Assembly (NCBI GenBank): GCA_040954595.2
Contig: CM082576.2
Span: 13,643,129 to 13,707,128, forward strand
Direction: 5' to 3'
Length of the DNA: 64,000 nt
Source of the DNA: Balanoglossus misakiensis
Lineage: Eukaryota; Animalia; Hemichordata
The translations under genes were made by a program, and so were the position numbers. Below are positions 1-13,359 of this stretch, piece by piece (positions within the stretch are counted from its first letter, which is position 1; each line of letters begins with the position of its first letter). The notes under the pieces were generated by a model, which was not told the origin of the DNA, did not search any database, and was given only the letters and a program-made list of their open reading frames with translations.

Positions 1-1181
1 CTATTCTCTCGCCCTTTCCCCACAATTGCTTTTTACTGCATGTATTTGCACTCGCGATAAAATCAAACTCAGATTTCAAACAAATCAGACCGCCTCTCGT
101 GCCATTTTCATCAAGACCCCCCTTTGTAGAAACACACGCCATTGGCGTTTATTAATTTAAAACACAGCAACACCACGATTGTTTTCCTGGTTTAACATAA
201 CGCAGTATTCATTTAATTTGCGGTCCCAATATTGAACCTGCCACTATTTGTATGTAGATTTATTTACTTTTTTTTCTGCAACTGCAGCTGCGGAGGGGTG
301 GTAGCGTAAGTTTCCAAGTGTACTGTGACCTGACTGAAATAAAAAAAGGGGTCCGTGGTTTGTATTTGAAGAAAAAAAAATGGTTTGTGACTGGCCAGTG
401 CTGAGAGAAGTTGGACTATACGCGTACACCTCGTGGAGATGTGATACATCTCACTCAATAGGCATTTCATCGGAAATTACTGTCTACAGAGATGTTTTTG
501 GTTGGTTGAGCCTGCTTTATTGAAAAGAATTTGCAGAGAGTGTTTCTTCATTGATCGCCAACAAAAGCAACATCAGACTCGGCTGGCTTCTATTGTAGCC
601 ACTGTGCCAGTGTCACTAGCCCCAGTCAACCAATACGCTACACCACTCTCTCTCGCTAATTGAAATAAACAGCTTCATAAAACGAAACGATCGAGCAGAT
701 TTTTTGCGAAATTAATCCCTCTCGCTCCTTTTCAACTTTTCAGGAAAACTTTTCCCTTCATTATTTATGATTACCAACGGTAACGACAATGAATTGTTTG
801 TCAAGTTTTATTTTGCTCCTTTTCACCGGCAAAACACATTCTCATTTATATCATCATCAATCTTGATGCCTTTTCCTTTAAGTTATACTAATTTGGCATG
901 TTGTTTTTTTGAGGGGGGGGGGCGTAGAATTGGATGAAAATTGAATGTGGGGTCAGTCAGTTTCATCTGTTTGACCCTTAACACACCAGCCAGCGTGAGT
1001 TACACTACGATGTGGTATTGTAACTCCAAGTTGAAATCATGACTTCGTGGTAGAAATAATTCGTAGATGCTGTACAGTTTATCAGTTTTAAAAATTTTGC
1101 ATCATATCACAAATATGAATAAACCCTAAATCAGAAAAAAATCACTAAATGTCAGAATTCAGATGAGGATTTCTGCAAATA

Positions 1182-1360
1182 CAGTCAAACCTGTGTATAG
1201 TGGCCAGTCAAGGGACTGTCATAAACTGGCCTTTATAGACAGGTGGTCTTTATAGACAGGTCAATTAATGCACATGTAAGTTGCACAGGGACTGTAACAT
1301 AGTGGCCACTATATAGAGGTGGTCACTATATAGAGGTGGTCACTAACACAGGTTTGACTG
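1182..1360. mobile_element. Tc1/mariner-type MITE (CAGT..ACTG ends, TA target duplication)
   Basis: TA|CAGTCAAACCTGTG ... CACAGGTTTGACTG|TA gives a perfect 14-bp TIR, with internal subterminal repeats TATATAGAGGTGGTCAC and TTTATAGACAGGT. Confidence 0.9.
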
Positions 1361-2514
1361 TAATGGAAAGTGATATTTGTAATACCGTAAGTCATACTAA
1401 GTGTGAAAAAAAATTGAAAGGGTGTGAAGTCGATGGGGTCACTGCTGAGATACGCGTGTGATATTGGTGACCGGAGGACAAACGTGATGGCTTGTGGCGT
1501 GGACTGCAGTAAACAAAGAGACTTTCACAGCATGGACTTTGCAGTATTTGCAGCATGTGTGTGTTGGTCTGCGATATATACATGTATATGCGTAAGGAAC
1601 TAGCCAAGAGAGGCTGGGCGGTACAGATGGTCAGTACAGGTGTACGGTGTTGGCGCGAGTATCAACAGTGGCGATCACAACAACATTGTGTGCGAGTGGC
1701 GTGCGCCTCAGTTCTTCGATGCTTTCACACTGCCCCTTTTGTTGACTTTAAAGTTTAGGGATTTAGTGTTGTATTTGCCGGTATTATACAGACCCTGGCC
1801 CAAAAGACCAGGCACCAGGTGCACTGGTTATCGCACAATGGCACTCGTGGCCTCCCCAACACATGTGGTCACATTGTGCCCTTTTTGATCGCATGTGACC
1901 ACCGGACCAGAACTGCACAAAGCCCCCACGAGACGGTGTTTTTGTGCAATATGGTTCTCTCTCCTAAAAAGATCAACCTAAAGTGGCCTTGTGTGTCTGA
2001 TCTCGTATATAGGCTGGTCTGGGTTAGACTTTACGAAATGGCCCTTAAAAAAAACCAAGATTTATTTTTGCGTTCCTGTCAGTGGAAGTATACCAGTATA
2101 CTAGGAAATTGCAAAAGTCAGGCCAGGTAGGGTGTGCACATTCAGCTAAACATGCATAAGTTTCAATTGCACACGTCAATTGGCGAACACGCTTTTGTGC
2201 CACATTTGGCACCGTTAATGTTGCTGTTGTGTCAATTTAATTGTTAAAAGTGAGCGTGAAAGTGCATTTGTGACACGTCGAATTTAGTTTCATTACTCAC
2301 CAGACCAACAATCAATTTACCGGGTCTCGCCCCCGAAAAACTCCTCAAATTTTATCACACACTCTGCACAATAATACTGTGCAGTCGCTTGGTTAGTTAT
2401 AAATTGAAGGTCAAGATCAGAAGTTAGATCCCCCCCCCCCCCAAAAAAAAAACATAATCAGAGGAAAATGCACAGTTTTGTAGATAATTACTGAAAGTTG
2501 CTTGTAAAAGAGTT

Positions 2515-3880
2515 CGACCACAGACAACTTCCATCCCACTAGTAGACACTAGTGTGAAAAACTCACCAAAATGAATAATCAGTCTCTACCTTTTATTCAT
2601 TTTGGCGAGATTTTTACTCTCATATGCTACAAACGGGATGGAATTTGTTTGTGGTTGAATGTTGATTCACTATATATCCACATGTAGAAAAACGTAAATG
2701 TTGTCTTTTATCGACATAATTAATGGGAAAAGGGCAGCGAGAGAGAGAGACTTTGTCCCTTTAAAAACATATTCATAACAGTTTCTTGTTTATTGTCCAT
2801 TTCATGTTCAAACGAAGAATTTGTAACCACTTTTGGACGAAAATGAACACCTCTCAGCCAGTCACAAAATCTTGTTTGTTTATATCCTTTGAAATAGATC
2901 GGCCTCATTTTTTCTTTCTCAAATAGACCCCACGTTTTCAGTCAGTGCTTTAGTACAATTTTTCTTGTTCTGTTACGGTACTTACAGCCAGATTGATGGC
3001 GTTTTGACCTTTCAGACATGTTGACTGTGAGCTCTCCAATCAGTCTGTCGTGTACCACCAAAGACTGTTACTGACTGGTATAGTCGGTCATCCATTCCAG
3101 TGAGTGCCATTCGTCCAACCAAATGAGCAAACGATTTTTTTTTGCACCTTGCAAAAAGCACATAATGTTGGTAATCATATATTCCATTGGTTTTACTTCC
3201 CAATTTAATGGACACCCAGCATAAAAAAAAGCAGCTTTTTATCGGTATTGGTAGTCTGGGAGAGATTTACTAGATTTGCTGGGGATGGGAAGTATGCAGC
3301 TTAAACTTTTGGATTTCCTTGTACACACAAGGTTGATTGGTAAAAATGATAACAATAATAGAAGAAATATGTTTTCACCTCCTACTGACCCTCAATCACA
3401 GAGACAGGTGATTTTTATTTTACCGGATTTAGTGGCCATTGATCAAATTTACTATGATCAATTCATACACTGGACTGGACCTTTTAAACTAAATCTGAAA
3501 TAATCCCGGAATAAGTCAGTAAAAACTGGGCATTACAAATATTTTCGTGGCATTAGCCATTACTGTCAAATGGCACTCCCTCTTTTATTAACCCTTTCAC
3601 CACCATGGTTTGGTCCAACTCCATTGTTTTCAATAGCAATGCTGGACCTTTATACATGGAAATGGGGGGATGAAAAACTCGCCAAAATGACTATTCGGTG
3701 TATACTGTTTATTCATTTTGGCGAGATTTTTTCTCTCATATCCTACAAACAGGATGGAAGTTGTGTGTGGTAGAACGTTGATTCACTATATATCCACATG
3801 TTGAATAACAAACTGTGTCTTGTATCAAACATAATTAATGGAAAAAGGGCAGCGAGAGAGAGACTTTGTCACTTAAAAAA
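2515..3880. repeat. Dispersed ~210-bp repeat in two direct copies (~2559-2770 and ~3674-3880); first copy partly palindromic
   Basis: Both copies share TTATTCATTTTGGCGAGATTTTT...GTTGATTCACTATATATCCACATGT...AAAAGGGCAGCGAGAGAGAG. The second copy is fused to a TTAA-CCCTTTCACC (piggyBac-like) end at 3588. Confidence 0.75.
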
Positions 3881-6800
3881 ACTAAATTTTGTCTGTTGAT
3901 TATAGATAAACAACTGGGATAACAAACGGGATAACATACCACCCTGGCTGTCATAACTGCAAAATCAAGCACAATACATAATTTCTTTTATAAATATGAA
4001 CACTCTTGCAAGTTTCAGGCTAAAGGACATTGACGCACATGTATAATGGAGCCCAAAAAAATGAGCTATATGTCATTGTAAGTTCATAAGTCAGCACTGG
4101 TTATCGCAGTGTGCCTTAGAGTTCCTCCAGAGCATCATTAACCTTACCGAAATGTTTAATACAAATCTTTCCCAAATCCATTTTATGAGGTACATAAAAT
4201 CTCTGTTAGAATCGAGAATCGATAACAAGTTTTATGAGATGAGGGTTACCCGGCTTGATATTTTAGATGCCTTGTTTTTTTCGGGGGGGGGTTAGATTTC
4301 ACTTGTCCTGTGTAGGTCATGAAGTCTTGTATCATCAGCTATTGTGTTTCCAGCATTGGCGCTATAGAGTCAAAGCCTATGTGTGTTTCATTTGTTGTTA
4401 TCGCGTATTGTTTCTGAGGCTGGTTATGGATCAGCATACTTTATTGCTAGTGGCCCAGTTTGTAGGTTTAGCTGTGTTCGAGTGCAAATATACAGCGGTT
4501 TTTATTGGGTGTTAAGTGAAGTAAGTCAACAGTGTTGATAAAAGGGTTTAACAAATGTGTGTCTTTAAGAATTGGTGATGTTTTTTTAGTATTCACCTTG
4601 CAAAGTCAGAGGACATGCCACTTTCTCCAGTTCTGAAATCTCTGATCTTGTGGAGCGTATGCCATCGTTTCATTTTCAGAGAGAGAGAGAGAGAAAATCT
4701 ATGGCAGGTGTTCTGATTGTGTTCCCGGAGATCGGAGCGAGGAATGATGATTGACATTTCTCTGATGCAGCAAAAATTGCTGGTCTGGCTTAACGTTTCT
4801 CTACGCTGTAATCTGAGATAAGTGTCTTTCGTTCAGAAGTAGAAATGAATTGCTTGGGATTTTTTTTTTGCTGCCAGAGCTGCGGAATATTTAAAAGTGA
4901 TAATAATTCAAGAATTTTGTCTCACGATATGGGTCACTTCAACCGATGCTTGTCTGCTTGGGTATACATGTTAGTCAGGATCTGCAAGAGCTGTTTGATC
5001 CAAAAAATCTCATTACTCCTGCTTGATTTCCCACTTGAACCCGAGAAAAAATCTTTGGTTTAGTGGACAAACTAGTGAGAACTAGAGTCCAGGCTTCTCT
5101 CTGGTCTGGGATGCAGCAATTTTTACAAAGCTGTGAATTCGGTGTACCTCATCTGTCCGATGGCGACAACCTTGAACTTGTAACACTTTTTTTTAAACAC
5201 AGATGAAGAATTGATGGGTCTTAATACTAAATAGCAATACTAACCACCGAAGCTGAGACGGGCTCTTTAAATGTTTTATTCTGCACCTGCAGGCTTCGTT
5301 TCATTTCCACCGTCCAGCAGGGTTTGGTGTCTTCTGTAGGATACGCCGTTATATACAGCCCCCTTATACACACGCACAGCCTACATTTATATATTGTGTC
5401 AGGAGACATGTTTAATTGACAGTATGATTACACGGGATCTCCAGTCGTAATTTATCAATTCTAATCCCGGAGACTGAGGGACGTGGATTTTCTGCCGATT
5501 GGTCCCCCACTATTTAATCATATTTCATTGTGCAGCAGATTACGTTGTGTATTTTCCCCCCAAAATGGCTGTCTCCAGCTGGATTAGTCTTGCATCACTA
5601 GTAGTAGTAAAAAATAAGTTATCAGATCACTTTTTTTAAAAAAATGATGGCTTCACTGTTGTTTCTCCCGCTGAGCCAGGAACCTTCCAAAAAAAGGGGG
5701 AGGGGGAGGGGGGAGTGAGAGAAAACCATGACTGGCGAAGAGTGGTGGGTTCGAAAGTGAAATCTCCAATGATTAGGTTTTGTGGAACCACGGCACTGCC
5801 AAGGGGGTTATTCCCGGTTGTATTCCAATCTGCGTGCAATTTCTCAGAGGTAACAACGATAAAAGGGCCCATTCACATAATTGATAGCTATCACTCATAT
5901 TATCACACATGATACGCAGTCTGAGATAAGGAAGAAACCAGTGATAGAAAAAAAAAAGGAGATCGCACGCGTTATATTTAGATGAGGGGTACTCCATCAC
6001 AGCCCGTATTTTTCTTCTGGATTTTTTTTTCTTTTTTGGTCTCCCTCATCTGTCTCGCTTTTGAAATTCATTGCTGTTTCGTGCATGTAAGGTTGGATGA
6101 CACCCTCAGTGGTTCTCTCGGCTCCTGGGGATACTTCTCATAAATCTGGAGAGAGAGAGATAGAAAAAAAAATTGGACGAGAATTCGTGGCGTGTGCTGA
6201 AATGAAAAGCGGCGCTCGTTATTGGAAAGCAGTGTGGGCATTGTACCCCGGGTATCTGCTGTGTTGTCGGTGATGCAAAACTCATCTCTATAATGATACG
6301 GCCATTGAAGTATATAGTACCACAAGTGCAAAAAGGCTGGTGGTTCTATGAGGTGTCTGTCGTACAGTGGCTGGGGCAGAGGAGAATTTGTCGCTGCAAT
6401 GTCCACTGAGCGCGCGGCAAAACAAATTCGAAGTGGCTTCAGGGTGTGTTCTTGCGCGGGCTGAATGCCTGGCTGAGCCCACAACCCTTGTGCTGTGTCA
6501 CAACACACGCTTGATTTTTTGTGTGCGACTGTTTAAGTTTTTACAAAGTAAACATTTTTTTTTAGTTGGAGCTGGTTAAATCATACCCAGTATGAGACAA
6601 GCTGTTCAGCTAGGGTAGAAAATACTGATAAATATTAGATCACTGGAACTACCCTGAGGGATCGTAATGATCGCTGTATCAGTCATACGGTGTAGCTGGA
6701 GAAATGGATATCTGTCTCTGTAGTTGACCTGTCAAACATGTAAATGGGAGGAGGTGGGTAGCTCAGATATGCCTGCACGGTTGCCGGTGTTACCACGATC

Positions 6801-7331
6801 GTAGCGATGCTGCGGAGACGCGGGTAATAAATTTTGTGGATGATGCGCAGATACGCTGGCAGCAACAAGGATGCTGCTGCTGCCAACCAGGTCTGATGAC
6901 ATGTACAGCCTGACATTAAATTTCCATCCGCATGTTTTAATTGCGAAGCCATGGAGTTTGGTTAGGGCACCCGGAGAATCTCCAATTTGACGAGCGGAGT
7001 TCGCATTCTTGCTTGGACGCTTGTTCTTTGCTGCGTAATTTCGCGGGGTTTTGTTAGACGCAGCAGGTCAGCTGTGTTTCAAGTGAAAATTGAAATGTCA
7101 AAGATAAGCCATGATGTTCCTGGTGTCTAGTGTGAGAGTCAAGAAAATGCAGCCTTGTACACCAAAATCGGTATTTACTGTGATCATTCAGTTTTTGAGA
7201 GTATTGCAGAGATTTCTGGTTCTAAATCAGCTTTCTTTTTCCATTACAACTGTCGGTGATAGAAAATATAATGTGTGTCATACTGCATTGTGAGTGACGT
7301 CTTTTTGTGCTTCTCTCTCTGTTTTGTGCAG

Positions 7332-10300
7332 GGGACGATGACGAATCGACAGGAATGTTCACATCGCCGGAAACCTTGGAGGACGACGAGGAAGACGACG
7401 ACGAACAACTCCACACAGACGAACGTTACACACCTAAGCTGCCAAAAATAGACACACTCAAATGTGGAGAGTGCCAAATGGACTTTGCTCTCGCTGACAT
7501 TGTTGCCTTCATAGAGCACAAAAAACAGGGATGTAAAGCCGGGGTTGCCATGGAAATTATGGGTGAAGATGGAGGAATGGCGGGCGACGACGAAGGGATG
7601 GTCCTGCGTACAGCCAAAACGGGGATTACCACCCCGATCAAACACAGAACACCAAGCAACAGCAACTTTAACAGGGAAACTAAAGAAGCAACGTCGTTAA
7701 AAACGCAAAATTCGCCCAAGACAAGCGATGCTGAGACTGGTAAGTGTACAGTAGCCTTCATCAACACGTGTGTGCATACTAGATGCCAGTCAAGAATTAT
7801 GTCAATTCACCAAATATGGTGATGAGTTATTTTTAGGAATTTTGGGGGAGTACCTCACTTTAATTCCATGGTGAAATGTCACTTTCATTCTACATTTTTA
7901 TGCAACAAGTTTTGGAAAGTTGTAAAAATCAATTCTATAATTATTGAACATGAATTTTTGACTTGTAATTTGATTGCTGCTTCAGTAAGGAAATTTACAG
8001 CTCAGGGTGTTTGCCTTTCCACAATGATGTGGGCAATAACTGGGATCTGATAAAAAACAGACCTGAATGATGAATCAATGCTGTTCAGAACTGGTTTAAT
8101 GACTAATGTACTACGAGTGTGAAGTATACATGCATGTCCTGGTAGTTTGGTTTATGAAACCATCCACATAATGTCTTGCTAAGTTGACAAAACAACCCTG
8201 ACTTTGACGCTGCAACCTTACAGTCAATCAAGGTTCACATGCTGCGATTGACTTCAGTAGCATTCTGGTTACGTCATCGTTCCCTGCTGTAGTAGTCTTC
8301 CTGAATGAGAGAGAAAAAAAATTGACGAGCCAGGTTCACCCTGGATGAGTAATCAAGACGTGGATTACATGAACCCCACTTATTACCTCAGCTGTTCGTT
8401 AGCCTAGAATGTACTGTAAAACGGGTTATTTTTGCGATATCATAAGAGGCAACTGTTACGCAAGGATTATTTTTCGTATTTCAGTAACCGCATCGTTATC
8501 TCCGAAAAACATTTTTACGCGACTTTTTATTTTCACGTTTTATTGGCTCTCGCGTATTTCGCAGAATTTTATTGCTCGCGAAAATAACCCGTTTTACAGT
8601 ACCTCTGTGTATAAGCATTCAACATGCGTATAGTCTGCAAGACAATTTATGATGTGGTGATTAATTACGCTGCATTCTACTACAGGCGATTATGTAACAT
8701 GAATGCAAATGTCTAGGTAAATGTGGATATTCTGTTTGTAAATACTGTCAAATGATGGGAAATTTATCAAAAATTACTTAATGCATCCATGCTCAAACGT
8801 GACGTTATCTTTATTTATAATTTTTGGGATGGAAAGGTGTCTAAAGCTGTCCTGATTTGCATGCAACAACAGTTATTTGCAGTCGTTGCCACGGTAATGC
8901 TGTGTGATACTTTTTCCTGATGTGTTTTAATTTTATAGTCTAATGTGTCAACCTAGAAGAATAGAAATGAGGTCAAAATATTGGGGCAGGGCTTAAAAAA
9001 TACTTGCAAGATTTCAAAAGACTTCATCCAAGAAAAGGAGAAAAAAGGTTGCCAAAATTAAGCATTAAGAAAAATTGATAAGACGTATTTTTCTTCGGTG
9101 AGTTTCCTGATATTTAGATGAAGACTTGACCAGAGGCAAATGGAGAATTGTGAGAAATAATCATTGTGAAAATACTCTTTCCGCGTATTTAAAAGAAAAC
9201 CAGTGCGATTATAGAGCATATTTCTTGGAAGCTTCTACTTTCATCTCAGCGCTGAAATTATCAGGTGTTCTCACAAATATGCATCTACACAGATTCACAG
9301 CATGTTCTAACAAACAAACTGAATTCAGTGGAACCACATCTATTCAAGGTAGAACTCTATCTGCTTTTATAGGCGGTGTTATCAAAACAACACTTGCCCT
9401 TGAAGGGAAACTGCTGTTATTCCAGTTTGTTTTCTCAATCGTAAGATTTTTTCCCAGAACTATATATCCTTTAAGATCGCTGGATATTAATTTCATCCCT
9501 ACGTTTCAAATCGTGCTTAATGGGCCCTGATGCAAAGAATGACTTTTATCCGCATTTAATGCCAAACTTAAAACCATTCTGTTGTCAAAGTCGTATCAGG
9601 ATATATTATTAAGCCTCTGTGGACACAGTCCGTCCGTTGGGAACTTGAAGTTGTAGATTGCCCGAGTTTGCACATGAAGTAAACAATGATACAAATTCTA
9701 CCTTCTGCATTGATCATGATGTGCATTGGTGACTATATTCTTGTTAAAAATGTTCGAAGTACAGAAACATTAAAATTAAGAGAGGAAAGAAAACAAATAA
9801 GGTGGTCCCTGCTCAGCAGTCACCTGAAAGAGGTAAGAAAAAATGAGCAAAATAATCGGTCAACGAAAAAAGGGTGCGTTTTTGCATCAAATTAAAATAA
9901 TTTTTATAAAAAGACGTACTTGGGCCAGATCCGAAACAGTAACAGTTCATGCAAAACTGTACAGTAAACATGTATTTATCTGAAACAAATTTGTCATTTG
10001 TGACTCATTGATGCTGAATTTTCACTCTTTTAATTCGTCCACCTGTTTCAATCTGACTTCAATTTGTCTCATCATGTTTAATGAAATCACAGGGTTTATT
10101 GCCAAGTCCACCCAGCACTGGTCAGTGTGTAGATTGACAAGGTGTACATATTACGAGCGAAACCAAATCTTTTCCATCGGTGAGATTCAACTAGAATGTC
10201 AACTGAATCAGTCCCGTAATGAGGATTTAGCCAAGGATTGCTGTTGAGTTGTAAGGGCTAATCAGAACACAGACATGACACACACAAGTTCAATAGAGTG

Positions 10301-13300
10301 AGTGAAGAGTAGAATTTCCATCACCCGTCTGACAAATGCAGATTTAATTGCAATCCGTACACGACAGGAAACTTACAAGGGGAAATGTGTCACATACACA
10401 GAGTCTGTGTGTTGATTGCAAAGTGTGCCAGACAGCTTACTGTGCAGCCAACACGCTAGTCCATAACCCTGAAATGTCAACAACAATTGTATTATTTTCG
10501 ATGGGTGGATGCAAGCTGTTTTCCAAATGTACGAGGGTGTCTGTCTATCCCTCTGCTGATATGGTATAGTGCTGGACCTGTGCTTTTCTCAGAAACGTGT
10601 TTTCTTCTTCAATGCCAATGATTGATATTTAACCTCCATGGACTGTATCCGTGGTGACATACAAATCAGGATCAAGATGAAATGGCCTGTCCAACATCTT
10701 TGAAAATAGGGTCCTAGGGGTGCCCTCATAATATGCAAAAATTATAGTGAAAATATCAATATGAATTTGGGGGGGGGGGGGGGGGAAATGTTTGCATTTT
10801 TTGGTCAAAATCTCTAATTGTTGATGTCAATGAACCAATAAAATGCGCCAGTAGCACATATGCACAAATAATTGTTTTGTGATGCAATAGAAAATCTATC
10901 GCATGTACATTTGTTAAATTTATTTATATTTGTTAAAATGTCAATTTGTTACATTCAACCCTTCCTTAATGTTTGGAACCTGTTAGTCTTATATGTTTTG
11001 TTCTGTTTCTCTCGTGACAGAGTCTACATCGTCAGAACCATCGAACTACACCTGTACACAGTGCCAGCTGAAACTGACCAGCGCTTGGTTTGTCTTACAA
11101 CATGCACAGAACGTGCACGGCATGAAGATATACTTGGATAACAATATGGAGCTATCCCGGGAGTCTCCTCCCAGTGTGCACCTGGAGCGACCATCTCGAT
11201 CAGAAGCAAACACCCCTCAACAGCAACAACAGCAGCAGCAACAGGTTCCTGCGCCTCTGCCTCTACTGCCTCCGCCGCCCCCACCACTGCAGCAGCCGCA
11301 GCCGCAGCACACGCCCAGTCCCGGTCTGCCGCACGAGTGCCAACGCCCGCTCACCGTGGAGACCGGCCCCATTCGTCCACCAGTGCCTCCTCCTCCTCCT
11401 CCTCCCCATCCTCCCATGGAGAATAACCCGTTCGCGCTCTTTCTGAGGCCGGCCATCAGCGAGCACAGCATCCCCACCTCGCACGAGGCCACCATATTCC
11501 ACCACCACCACCACGCGCACACCAACGCCGAGATCCTGCGGGACGCCATCCACATGGAGAGGATACGCATGGAGAGGCCCATGGAGCGGTTGGGGGAGCA
11601 GTTCTGCATGCCGGAGATGCTCGACCGGCGAACCGCCATCGTCGTGCCACCTCCACCACCACCACCGCCGCCCCCACCACCACCGCCACCACCCCCGATA
11701 ACCATACCAGTGCCACCACCACCACCACCGCCACCTCCTGCTCTATCGCCATCGCAGCAGCAGCAGCAACAGCAACAACAACAGCAGCAGCAGCCAGCTC
11801 AGCAGACCACTCCCACGTCCGTCGGCATCGAACCGAGCCTCGACTTTTACTCGCAGAGACTCCGGCAGCTCGCCGGCACCAACAGCCCCACCAGCCCGCC
11901 GCTGTCGCCTACCAAGCGGAAATCGGGCATGCACCACCGGCTGTTCAACTTCTCCCCGATGAAGGCGCCGTCGCAGTCGAGCAAGATCAAGTCGTGCGAG
12001 TTTTGCGGCAAGACGTTCAAGTTTCAGAGCAACCTGATTGTCCACAGACGTTCCCATACGGGGGAGAAACCTTATAAGTGCCAACTTTGTGACCACGCGT
12101 GCTCACAAGCCAGCAAACTCAAGAGACACATGAAGACCCACTTCAATAAGAACAGTGGCAGCAGCCCCCGCTCCTCGGCCACGCCCGGCTCCATCTCGCC
12201 TAACGAGAACGCCGAGCCCCTCGACGTGCCCAGCGCCAGCTCAGTACTCAAGTCGGTGGTCGATCAGTACATCAACGACAACAAGCAGGCGTCGGACCCG
12301 GGCGGAGGACCCCACGCGCCCGACGAGGAGGAGCTGGAGGATCTCACGGACAACTCCGGTGCAATAGATCTGTCGGGATCGCGGTCGAGCAGGAACGGCT
12401 CGCTGAAGGACAGCAACTCGGACAACGGCGGCGGCAATCGCGGCAGTCACTCCCTGCTGAGCGAGGTGATGAAGAACAGCGGGCTGAACGAGATCCAGGC
12501 TTACAGCGAAGCTTACCAACAAGCAATAGCCGAGAGCTCCCTGTCGAGTAATAAAGACGGCGACGGCGACGCCCACTCCAGGGCCGACACGGAAACCGAG
12601 GACGCGGAGACCGACGCCGACGTGAAGAGGAGCAAATTTGACCCGGCCGAAACGGTCGAGACCAACAACATAGACGGCAGGGACCACGGCGCGGAGCAGA
12701 CGTACGCGAGCGAGAACACCAACGGCAGCATGGAGGGGGAACCGCTGACCAAGCGGATCAAGTCGGAACCGTCGTCACCGCCACCATCCGGCGTGGACGG
12801 CGGCGCGTACGGCCAGTGGCTCCCCGAAGCGGCCAGCGCGCCCGCGACAAAAGAGATCTACGTCAGCTCGCCGGCCACCTCCGAATGCTCCACTGCCAAC
12901 GGCGGCTCGGCCGTCTACTCCCTCAGCAAGCCGGACACGGATGACAGCAGCAGCAGCCCGGTGATGAAGCCGGAGACGGCCTCCAGTCGCTCCAAGTCGC
13001 CCAAGGGCGGCGGCGGCGGCGACCGCAAGAGCGACACGTGCGAGTACTGCGGCAAGATCTTCAAGAACTGCAGCAACCTGACGGTGCACCGCCGCAGCCA
13101 TACGGGGGAGAAACCATACAAGTGCGAGCTGTGCAGCTACGCCTGCGCGCAGAGCAGCAAGCTGACGCGCCACATGAAGACCCACGGGAAGGGAGCCAAG
13201 GAGGTGTTCCGCTGCGAGGTCTGCAGCATGCCCTTCTCCGTCTATAGTACGTTGGAGAAACACATGAAAAAGTGGCACTGGGGCGGCGGCCCCAAACCGA

Positions 13301-13359
13301 CCAATAATGCAAACGCCACCACAAACGCTGCTGCAGACCTCACTGAAGGAAGTGCATAG
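7332..13359 (+). CDS. BCL11: BCL11A/B (CTIP) family C2H2 zinc-finger transcription factor, 5'-partial; exons 7332-7739 and 11021-13359
   Basis: Exon 7332-7739 (tgcag|...|gtaagt, phase 1-1) encodes the CCHC ZF0 (CGECQMDFALADIVAFIEHKKQGC). Exon 11021-13359 encodes ZF1 (CTQC..SAWFVLQHAQNVH), DFYSQRLRQLAG, ZF2-3 (CEFCGKTFKFQSNLIVHRRSHTGEKPYKC), KRIKSEP, YGQWL and ZF4-6 (SDTCEYCGKIFKNCSNLTVHRRSH...YSTLEKHMKKWH), all hallmark BCL11 motifs. The MSRRKQ first exon was not seen and is presumably upstream of the window. Confidence 0.96.
8414..8599. mobile_element. TA-flanked MITE (Tc1/mariner-like) in BCL11 intron
   Basis: TA|CTGTAAAACGGGTTATTTT ... AAAATAACCCGTTTTACAG|TA gives a 19-bp perfect TIR. Confidence 0.9.

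Noticed and set aside
1225-1345. Short direct repeats resembling a CRISPR array
   Set aside because: They are subterminal repeats of a TA-flanked MITE with no unique spacers, in a eukaryotic context with no cas genes.
1-7331. BCL11 first coding exon (MSRRKQ NuRD-binding motif)
   Set aside because: Not found on reading. It is probably upstream of the window, so the gene is reported as 5'-partial.
11024-13324. Many overlapping antisense and alternate-frame ORFs
   Set aside because: Shadow ORFs caused by the GC-rich, low-complexity BCL11 exon.
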